Assembly (NCBI GenBank): GCA_963764165.1
Contig: CAVXRD010000004.1
Location: 352,001 to 416,000 of the forward strand
Direction: 5' to 3'
From: an uncultured Verrucomicrobiae bacterium
GTDB taxonomy: Bacteria; Verrucomicrobiota; Verrucomicrobiia; Limisphaerales; Palsa-1400
Length of the DNA: 64,000 nt
The position numbers and the translations under genes were made by a program. The notes under the pieces are model-generated. The model searched no databases. It saw only the letters and a program-made list of their open reading frames with translations, and had not been told where the DNA came from. Of this stretch, positions 29,423 through 37,076 are shown piece by piece. The number at the start of each line of letters is the position of its first letter. Position 1 is the first letter of the stretch.

Positions 29423-30814
29423 ATGGAAACGAATCGCCCTAAGAAAATCTTCGGCACCGACGGCGTGCGCGGCACGGCTAACGTCGAACCCGTTACCGCC
29501 AGCACAGCCCTGAAACTCGGCCAGGCCGCCGGGCATGTGTTCAAAAATCTCGAAACGCAGTCACGTGGGCGCGGCAAGCATAAAATTGTCATTGGGAAAG
29601 ACACGCGCTTGTCCGGCTACATGCTCGAGAACGCCATTTCTTCAGGCATTCTTTCAATGGGCGTCGATGTTCTTTTCATCGGCCCCCTGCCCACCCCGGG
29701 CGTTGCCTATGTGACGCGCAGCCTTCGGGCGGATGCCGGGATTGTCATCACCGCCTCGCATAACCCTTATGATGACAACGGGATTAAATTTTTTCACGCG
29801 GACGGCTACAAATTGGACGATGATATTGAAGAGCGCATCGAAAGCCTTGTCTTCAGCGGCGAGATTGCAAAAATCCACCCGTCCGCCAGCGAAATCGGCA
29901 AGGCCGTTCGCATTGACGACGCGCTCGGGCGTTACATTGAATTTGCCAAAAGTTCGTTCCCGCGAAATCTCACCCTCGACGGATTGCGCGTCGTTGTCGA
30001 TTGCGCAAATGGCGCGGCCTACAAATCGACTCCGTGCGTTCTAAGCGAACTCGGAGCGGAAGTCATCGTGTTCGGCAACGAGCCCGACGGCAGCAATATT
30101 AACCGCGATTGCGGCGCGATGCACCCGGCCCACCTCTGCCGGTTAGTGCGCGAGCACAATGCGCACGTGGGACTGGCCCATGATGGCGATGCCGACCGCA
30201 TCCTGCTTTGCGACGAGCACGGCAAGCTGGTCGATGGCGACGATATCATGGCCATTCTGGCGCTGGAAGGATTGGCCGCTGGAACCATGGCGCAAAAGAC
30301 GCTTGTCACGACCGTCATGTCCAACGCGGGATTGGACGCCGCCATCGAAGCCGCGGGCGGCAAGACGATTCGCACCTCGGTCGGCGACCAAAATGTGCTG
30401 GCCGCCATGCGTCAACAAGAACTTAACATCGGCGGCGAGCAGAGCGGCCACATCATTGTCCGCGATTATTGCACGACCGGGGACGGCTTGATCGCGGCCC
30501 TGCAAATTTTGAGGATCATGCAAACCCGCCAGCAGCCGCTCTCGGAACTGACGGCTTGCTGGACGCGTTTTCCTCAATTGCTAACAAACATGGTCGTGCG
30601 CGAAAAGAAACCGCTGGAGGAATTGCCGGGCGTTTGCCAGATCGTGGCCGAGGCCGAGGCGTTTCTCAAGTCGCAAGGCGGGCGTGTGCTGCTGCGCTAC
30701 TCCGGCACCGAGCCAAAAGTGAGGCTGTTGCTGGAAGGCCGGGAAGCGCCGGTTCTCGAGCAGTGGAGCAAAAAGATTTCCCAAAAGTTGACCGAGGAAT
30801 TGGGATGCAAATAA
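29423..30814 (+). CDS. glmM: Phosphoglucosamine mutase
   Basis: FGTDGVRG, GKDTRLSGYMLE, TASHNP, DGDADR, GGEQSGH, RYSGTEP. Confidence 0.96.
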   Translation: METNRPKKIFGTDGVRGTANVEPVTASTALKLGQAAGHVFKNLETQSRGRGKHKIVIGKDTRLSGYMLENAISSGILSMGVDVLFIGPLPTPGVAYVTRSLRADAGIVITASHNPYDDNGIKFFHADGYKLDDDIEERIESLVFSGEIAKIHPSASEIGKAVRIDDALGRYIEFAKSSFPRNLTLDGLRVVVDCANGAAYKSTPCVLSELGAEVIVFGNEPDGSNINRDCGAMHPAHLCRLVREHNAHVGLAHDGDADRILLCDEHGKLVDGDDIMAILALEGLAAGTMAQKTLVTTVMSNAGLDAAIEAAGGKTIRTSVGDQNVLAAMRQQELNIGGEQSGHIIVRDYCTTGDGLIAALQILRIMQTRQQPLSELTACWTRFPQLLTNMVVREKKPLEELPGVCQIVAEAEAFLKSQGGRVLLRYSGTEPKVRLLLEGREAPVLEQWSKKISQKLTEELGCK

Positions 30815-30818
30815 TCGC

Positions 30819-32081
30819 ATGAACGTCGATTTGGCATACGGCCAGGGGCGCGTCGCGGTCGATTTGCCAGACGGCCGCACCACTGTCATCTCCCCTTCCC
30901 ACCGCCCCGGATTGCCGGACGAGCGCGCCGCCATTCGCGCCGCCCTCGAGCAGCCGATTTCCGCCCGGCCGCTCCGCGAGTGGATCAAGCCGGGTGACCG
31001 TGTTTGCGTTGCCTTTACCGACATCACGCGCGCCACGCCAAATCACAAATTGATTCCGTGGCTGCTCGAGTATTTGGCCGATGTGCCGCGCGAGCAAATT
31101 ACCCTGTTAAACCAGCTCGGCACACACCGTCCCAACACGCCGGCTGAACTCGACAAGTTGCTGACGCCCGCCGTGACCAGCCAGTACCGCGTGCTCAATC
31201 ACGAGCCGGAAAATCCAGATGCGCTGGCTCAGTTTGGAACGATGCGCGACGGCACGCCCGCACTCATCAATCGCCATCTCGCGGAAGCGGACGTTCGCAT
31301 TATCACTGGATTCATCGAGCCGCATTTTTTCGCGGGGTTCAGCGGCGGCATCAAAGGAATCATTCCCGGCTGCGGAGGCTTGCGCAGCGTGATGAGCAAT
31401 CACGGATTCAAGAATATTGGCGACGCCAAGTCGACTTTCGGCATCACGGTAGGCAATCCGCTATGGGAGGAATTGCGCGATGTCGCATTGCGCGTCGGCC
31501 CGAGTTTTCTGCTGAACGTCACACTCAACGAGCAGCGCGACATCACTGGCGTCTTTGCGGGGGATTTAATCGAGGCGCACCGGGTCGGCTGCGAATTTGT
31601 CCGGCAATCCGCGATGCAGAAAGTGAAAGCGCCCTTCGACATTGTCGTAACCACGAACAGCGGTTATCCGCTTGATTTGAATTTGTACCAGGGTGTGAAA
31701 GGCATGAGCGCGGGCGCCCGCATTTTGAACAAGGGCGGCCTGCTCATTCTCGCATGCGAGTGCAGCGAAGGCGTTCCGCCGGGCAGCCCGCTGGACAAGC
31801 TTTTGCTGAGCGCGCGGAGCCCGGAGGAAATACTCGTGATGCTGAGCACGCCGGGTTTCGTCCGCCCTGAGCAATGGCAGGCGCAAATCCAGGCGCTGAT
31901 TCAGAGGGATGTGGAAGTTCTGCTTTACAGCTCGCTGCCGGACGACATTGTGCGCAAGGCATTTTTGAACCCCTGCCGCGACATTGGGGCCACAGTGCGA
32001 CAACGGCTTGAATCTCTCGGGCCGAATGCCCGCGTGGCCGCGCTGCCGCAAGGGCCGCTGACCATTCCTTATCTCGCATGA
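30819..32081 (+). CDS. larA: LarA-family nickel-pincer-dependent 2-hydroxyacid racemase
   Basis: DITRATP, GTHRP, HFFAGFSGGIK, DLNLYQGVKGM. Confidence 0.88.
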   Translation: MNVDLAYGQGRVAVDLPDGRTTVISPSHRPGLPDERAAIRAALEQPISARPLREWIKPGDRVCVAFTDITRATPNHKLIPWLLEYLADVPREQITLLNQLGTHRPNTPAELDKLLTPAVTSQYRVLNHEPENPDALAQFGTMRDGTPALINRHLAEADVRIITGFIEPHFFAGFSGGIKGIIPGCGGLRSVMSNHGFKNIGDAKSTFGITVGNPLWEELRDVALRVGPSFLLNVTLNEQRDITGVFAGDLIEAHRVGCEFVRQSAMQKVKAPFDIVVTTNSGYPLDLNLYQGVKGMSAGARILNKGGLLILACECSEGVPPGSPLDKLLLSARSPEEILVMLSTPGFVRPEQWQAQIQALIQRDVEVLLYSSLPDDIVRKAFLNPCRDIGATVRQRLESLGPNARVAALPQGPLTIPYLA

Positions 32082-32971
32082 GATGGTGTGGTAATAATTC
32101 CGCGGCGCTCAGGATCGGGATTTGCGGGGTCGTAGTGCAGAGTGCAGATTTCATGGGGTTCCTTCAGGCCGGTATAACGAACATACCATGGATAGATCGT
32201 CGCTTTCCCTTGCACCACCACTCGGACAGAAAATTTTGTCATGTCGGCCTCGCACTGCTGCTTAAAGTAAACGACGGAAATTTTGTAGTCGCCAGCCGGC
32301 GCGCCGCCCGTAGGCCAGTATATATTTTCCACGGGTTTCTCTGTGCAGTTGCTCGAAAGGTAGTTTGCATCGACATCCAGTGTGCCGCCGCTGGCGGCTG
32401 AATGCTTGTTTTGGTAGTTAATTTCTGTCCCGAATGGATCAACGCAATGCAAATCAAGGTCATTTAGATTATTCCACATGAGCGAAATTTGAATGTCCCC
32501 TCCCTTCGCCCCCGCATCGCCAAGCCGGCGCGAAAATGCGGCGGCTTCCGGGAGATTCGGGCTGGCCGACACTGCCTGCGGAGTGTCGAAAAATTCGGGG
32601 TTCATTGAAATCGGGCCGTTTGTGTTATGCAAATTCGTCGAAATCGTCTCAGTCGCGGGCGCATTGTTGGTCGTGGGTGGCGCGTTGGCCGAGCGAGGAG
32701 CTTGGGATCCCGTCAAATTGGTTTCGACGGCGATTGCTTGCGTTGAAACGCCTGAGACCGGGGCAATCGGGCCGATTGGCTGCGCGTCGCCATTCCTTCC
32801 CGCCCCTTCAAACATCAGATTAAGGGTTGAGGCGCCGAACAAATTCGTTTCCGCCCATGAGCCCATGCCGCCGAAATACTGCGGGTGCGTGCGCAGTTTC
32901 CAAAGAGCCAGGATGACCACGAGTATGGCCATCACAATGACAGCGTCCTGCTTGAGCCTGGAACGGTTCAT
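32069..32971 (-). CDS. Membrane-anchored YfaP/DUF2135-like protein
   Basis: N-terminal TM; T/N-rich linker; GDIQISLMW..NDLDLHC.DP, GGTLDVDAN, PVENIYW. Confidence 0.75.
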   Translation of the reverse strand: MNRSRLKQDAVIVMAILVVILALWKLRTHPQYFGGMGSWAETNLFGASTLNLMFEGAGRNGDAQPIGPIAPVSGVSTQAIAVETNLTGSQAPRSANAPPTTNNAPATETISTNLHNTNGPISMNPEFFDTPQAVSASPNLPEAAAFSRRLGDAGAKGGDIQISLMWNNLNDLDLHCVDPFGTEINYQNKHSAASGGTLDVDANYLSSNCTEKPVENIYWPTGGAPAGDYKISVVYFKQQCEADMTKFSVRVVVQGKATIYPWYVRYTGLKEPHEICTLHYDPANPDPERRGIITTPSHAR

Positions 32972-34311
32972 GGCGTGTAAGGGGGCGGAACGTAGCGATA
33001 TTCGCCGCGGTTGTCATTCGCAATCCGGCTTAGCACTTTCTCGGCCTCATTGGAATAGAAGCCGATGGTGAAAACCCGCGCGAGGATCGAAGAGTTCGCA
33101 TTCTGGACGACGTCGATGCTGCTTTCCGGGACCGGGCCGCCCGCCAGAATCCAGATCACATCCGGCGCCGGCAGAAGTGAGAACGCGCGCTGTATGGCCT
33201 TTGAAGGATCAGGGGCGCCGCCGTTCCCCGCCGAAAAGAGCCAGTTGGTTGCGGTGTAAATATTCTCAGGCAAGGCGGTCATCGGGCCCAGGGACGGCAT
33301 TCCATCATAGCCACCGCCATGGGATAAAATGATGTAGAACGAGTGCGTTGGATCCATCGCATTAAGCGAGCGAACCAGTTGCTCGCGGGCGACCTGCGAT
33401 TTTCTGTTCGTTGCCATATCTAGAGAATTGTCCAAAATGAAGGCCACGTTCGTCCCGAGCTGGATGTCAAACAAAAGCGGCGGAGCGGTTGCGCCGAGGG
33501 GTTCAAACGGCAGCGGAACCTTGGGGTTTTCCTGATTCATGCCCGCCGCTTTCGACTGCGCGGCCGCTCCGCCGCCCGCCGCGGGTGAATGCGCCGAAGC
33601 CGGGGCGCCAGGCACCGCTCCCGATCCCGAAGCCCGGGCGCCAGGCACCGCTCCCGATCCCGAAGCCGGGGCCGCAGCGCCGGGCACCGATCGCGCCGCC
33701 GGGGTCGGGCTGGTCCGCGCCGAAGCCGGGGACCTTGCTTGGGGAGCGCTCGCGGCGGACGGCGGAACGGATTCAGGCGCTGGGCTTTCGTCCAGGGCCG
33801 CTCGCATGGCTGCATTCGCCGCCATTGTATTGGACAATTTGGATAATTGTGAAAGTGGCGCCGCCGGGCCCCCCGGCTTTGAATTCATTCCCGGGCCGCC
33901 GTTAAAGTTGCTGACGCCTACATACCTGCCAACCAGACCGTTGCTGGCATTTCGCGCAATCGCGCCGAAGATGGAATCCCGCTTTTCTTTAGTGTCAGCA
34001 ACTGCCTCATCGGTGGCCGGTCGGCCGGGCCCGGCATTGGCGGCGCCCGTCAATGCGTTCGCGGCGGGCGCGTTTGAAATTGCCGGCGCCGCGGCGGGTT
34101 CGGCATTTGTCAGCACGGGGGGCGGGGGTGGCGCGGATTCGGCAGGCGAAGGGATGCTCGAGGCTGTTCTCGCGCCGAGGTCGCCAAAAATGATCTGCCG
34201 CACCGGCCGTTGCGGCTGCAAGAATAGCCAGACTAGTACGCCGATCAACAACCCCAGCAAAAAACAAATCAGCGCTTCTTTCCAACCACTGCGGCGTCTA
34301 GGGCTGTTCAT
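32968..34311 (-). CDS. Membrane-anchored VWA-domain protein with Ala/Pro-rich linker
   Basis: N-terminal TM; VAFILDNSLDM; VFTIGF; L.RIA.DNRGEYRYV. Confidence 0.8.
   Translation of the reverse strand: MNSPRRRSGWKEALICFLLGLLIGVLVWLFLQPQRPVRQIIFGDLGARTASSIPSPAESAPPPPPVLTNAEPAAAPAISNAPAANALTGAANAGPGRPATDEAVADTKEKRDSIFGAIARNASNGLVGRYVGVSNFNGGPGMNSKPGGPAAPLSQLSKLSNTMAANAAMRAALDESPAPESVPPSAASAPQARSPASARTSPTPAARSVPGAAAPASGSGAVPGARASGSGAVPGAPASAHSPAAGGGAAAQSKAAGMNQENPKVPLPFEPLGATAPPLLFDIQLGTNVAFILDNSLDMATNRKSQVAREQLVRSLNAMDPTHSFYIILSHGGGYDGMPSLGPMTALPENIYTATNWLFSAGNGGAPDPSKAIQRAFSLLPAPDVIWILAGGPVPESSIDVVQNANSSILARVFTIGFYSNEAEKVLSRIANDNRGEYRYVPPPYTP
33595..33672. repeat. 33-bp coding tandem repeat (~2.4 copies; ASGSGAVPGA[R/P])
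   Basis: Units start at 33595, 33628 and 33661. Confidence 0.85.
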
Positions 34312-34320
34312 GCATGCTCC

Positions 34321-34992
34321 TTAATTCTGGGGCAGCGCCACGTCTCCGTTCGTGCCGACTCCCAATCGCTCGTCAATTAAGCGCGGCTGCCAGGCGCAAT
34401 GAAACCCCTGATTCGCGGCTGCGTCTCGCGCACGCCGGAATTCGGCGAAGGAGTCGGCCACCACCAGAAACAAAAAGTGATAATTGGTTCTGCCGCTGGA
34501 TCGAAAGGCGTTCAAGGTATTGGCCATATACTGCTCGGGATCTTCTCCCTTGCCCGGCTCGGGTTCTATGATCTTCCGGTCAGGCGAGAACGAGAACGCG
34601 CGGACATTCGGCGAAATACCCGTGCCGTCCGCGGAGATGGTTTTGTACGGATAAATCTTCCCGTACCGCATGACGACATTCCACGACGGATTGGTGTCCT
34701 GGACCGTCGTCAGCAGATGCATCACGTTGGTGACTGGATGCTGATGCGGGTTCTGGAGACGCTGTAATGTCTTTTGAAGATCAGCTTCCGCGACATCGTT
34801 GGAGGCAATGAGGGCCGCCAGGCTGGCCGCAGCCTTGGCCGGATCCGGCGGAGGCGCCGGGTGATGATCGAGCGCGTTGCGCCCAAGGAGCGCCACGACA
34901 AGGGCAATGAAAATGATCGCCCCCAGCAGGTTGCACATCGTGTCGAGCAGCATTTCCAAGCTGCTGGAGTAAAATCCTGATTTGTTTTTCAT
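34321..34992 (-). CDS. ExbD/TolR/MotB-like single-TM protein with membrane-proximal Asp
   Basis: SSLEMLLDTMCNLLGAIIFIALVV, then a coiled coil and a C-terminal alpha/beta domain. Confidence 0.6.
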   Translation of the reverse strand: MKNKSGFYSSSLEMLLDTMCNLLGAIIFIALVVALLGRNALDHHPAPPPDPAKAAASLAALIASNDVAEADLQKTLQRLQNPHQHPVTNVMHLLTTVQDTNPSWNVVMRYGKIYPYKTISADGTGISPNVRAFSFSPDRKIIEPEPGKGEDPEQYMANTLNAFRSSGRTNYHFLFLVVADSFAEFRRARDAAANQGFHCAWQPRLIDERLGVGTNGDVALPQN

Positions 34993-35549
34993 GGCGCCGC
35001 TAAAAGATACTCCAAATCCTCTTCCGCCGCGTCATAAGCGATGTTGAAATGACGGCTTTTTGCCAACTTATCGCAGATTCGAAAATTCGCGATCGCGGAT
35101 GGGCGAATGTAAAACACCAATCTGTCCCGGGTCGCATCCCAGCCGTCGAGCGCCAGTCTGAAATCCGCATTATCGGCCCGGACTGCAAACGGAACCGCGG
35201 TCGTCTGGCCGGGGCGGCTCCAAAGCCCGTTGGTGGCGGAGAGCACGATCAGCACCGGCTTAAGACCGCTTGGGTCGCGCTCCGGCACCACAAAAACGCG
35301 ATTCGTCAGCGCCGCCGACTGTTCGGTGCGGCGGCGCAATTCCGCCAGGGTTGCATCCAGCTTGGACTTTGCCTGCGCAATCTGCCGTTGCATATCACTG
35401 GCTTCATTTGCGGCCGCCGACGGTGGCTTATTCAAATAAAGCGTCATTAATAATGTGATCAGCACCAGCACCCCCGTCACGGCGGTGATCATGTCAAGGA
35501 AGGCAAAGAACGACACCCTGCCACTCGTGCTGCGCAGTTTGTTCGGCAT
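34989..35549 (-). CDS. ExbD/TolR/MotB-like single-TM protein with membrane-proximal Asp
   Basis: VSFFAFLDMITAVTGVLVLITLL; coiled coil; ..LVFYIRPS.. Confidence 0.6.
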   Translation of the reverse strand: MPNKLRSTSGRVSFFAFLDMITAVTGVLVLITLLMTLYLNKPPSAAANEASDMQRQIAQAKSKLDATLAELRRRTEQSAALTNRVFVVPERDPSGLKPVLIVLSATNGLWSRPGQTTAVPFAVRADNADFRLALDGWDATRDRLVFYIRPSAIANFRICDKLAKSRHFNIAYDAAEEDLEYLLAAP

Positions 35550-35552
35550 GGA

Positions 35553-36554
35553 TTATCCGCTGGTTCCTTCCTTGTCCCGCACCCTCAGTTTGGAGATCAC
35601 ATGCGCGTGGCAGTAATCATTGCATTCGTCGAGGAAGTCCGTTTCCTTCTGCTGCACAAAATCCGAGAACAAGTGCAGCACCAGCGCGAAACCGAGTCCC
35701 ACCAGTGTTGCTTCGAATGCGGTGGACAGGCCTGAGGTGACTTTCGAAAGATTGCTCTTTATCGCATCCATATCTGACGTGGAACCAAGCGTGTCGGTGA
35801 ATTGATGAATCGCCAGGCTCAAACCCAGCACTGTGCCAACGAATCCGAGCACGGGAATGGCCCAAATCATGGCGTGGATAATTGCGTAGCTGGATGCCAC
35901 CTGGTTCTCATCGTTTTCGCTTTGCGCCTTGAGAATCGTCGAGACATCGCTGACGCCGCCGATGTTGTGGAGATTTGACAGCGCACGGTCAATACGATTG
36001 AGAAGAATGAACTTCCGAGTGTCATCCACCAGGCTGCGAACGCGGTCAAGGACGGTCTTAGCCGTATCCTCGTTCAGGACAAATTCCCGGTGCTGCGGCA
36101 CGGCCGCCATGTCCAATGCGCGGCGCTGCAAGCGCAGTTTGGGAATCTTGATGAGGGCCACAACGACTCCCCAGAAGAAAAAAAGCGTCGCCGGCCCGGT
36201 GGCAAAAAGGTTTCCCTCGTGGACGAATAACTCGGCAAAGTCATGAGGCAGCGTGTGATTGGGCCGTTTGTAAAAGACAAACATCAGCGCGATGAAGCCG
36301 GCCGATAGGACGGATGCGATGATAAAGGTGAAAATCTTATTGACCGCAGTGAAGCGGCCTCCCCTGAACAACCCAAAACTAATCTGGTTCTCAATATCCT
36401 CTTCGCTCCAGTTCAGCGCCGCGGCGGACACCCGCGCCGGAGCCGCGGAGACGGGAACGGTTCCGGCGGGTGTTTGCGATGCGGCGGGCCGCTTGCTTAA
36501 GAAGCGCCCACCGGAAGGATTCGGCTGTGTTGGGTTGGTTGGTTCCATAAGCAA
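35553..36554 (-). CDS. MotA/TolQ/ExbB proton-channel family protein
   Basis: WAIPVLGFVGTVLGL and GLSTAFEATLVGL; two further N-terminal TMs. Confidence 0.9.
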   Translation of the reverse strand: MLMEPTNPTQPNPSGGRFLSKRPAASQTPAGTVPVSAAPARVSAAALNWSEEDIENQISFGLFRGGRFTAVNKIFTFIIASVLSAGFIALMFVFYKRPNHTLPHDFAELFVHEGNLFATGPATLFFFWGVVVALIKIPKLRLQRRALDMAAVPQHREFVLNEDTAKTVLDRVRSLVDDTRKFILLNRIDRALSNLHNIGGVSDVSTILKAQSENDENQVASSYAIIHAMIWAIPVLGFVGTVLGLSLAIHQFTDTLGSTSDMDAIKSNLSKVTSGLSTAFEATLVGLGFALVLHLFSDFVQQKETDFLDECNDYCHAHVISKLRVRDKEGTSG

Positions 36555-36560
36555 ATCACA

Positions 36561-37076
36561 TCAAGTCATTTCGTTTCCGAGGCCGTCTCTCCGGACAGCC
36601 AGCGCTTCGACCATGGCCCATATCCACGTGGCAATCACGCCGAAGCCCATCAGAAAAGTGGCGACGCTCAACAACAATTGGAGCGCCCCGGTCGTCCATT
36701 GGCGCGCGTAAAAGTTGTGGACGCCGGTGAACCCCAGCAGCACCGCCAGCAAGGCAAAGACCAACCGATGGCGCGGGTTGCCAATCGGAGCGCGCGATGC
36801 CGGCGCCGCCGCCATGGGCGGAGCCACCGGAACTTTCAGGCGAACCAGCGGCTTATCTTCAGGGGCAGGAGCGGCGGCGGCCACTGGACCGCGCGGGGCG
36901 GTGGTTTTTTCAGTTCGGGCGAAAAACTCCTCCAAGCTCACCCACCCGTTTTCAAATAGAATCTCATGCCCCATGCCGATGCGGTGGTCATCCAGCATTT
37001 GATTCAATTCCGCGAGCGAAAACGGGCCCGTTTGGCGGCCGCGCCAGCGAATCAAGTATCGCGCGTCTTCGCTCAA
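36561..37076 (-). CDS. GYF_2 (DUF4339) + TM2 domain protein
   Basis: YLIRWRGRQTGPFSLAEL...W; LLAVLLGFTGVHNFY. TTG start overlaps the upstream stop. Confidence 0.8.
   Translation of the reverse strand: MSEDARYLIRWRGRQTGPFSLAELNQMLDDHRIGMGHEILFENGWVSLEEFFARTEKTTAPRGPVAAAAPAPEDKPLVRLKVPVAPPMAAAPASRAPIGNPRHRLVFALLAVLLGFTGVHNFYARQWTTGALQLLLSVATFLMGFGVIATWIWAMVEALAVRRDGLGNEMT

Noticed and set aside
34321..36554. Canonical Zorya, TonB-ExbBD, Tol-Pal or flagellar stator
   Set aside because: No OmpA-like ZorB/MotB domain, no long ZorA tail, no ZorC/D/E, and no TonB, receptor, TolB/Pal or flagellar genes.
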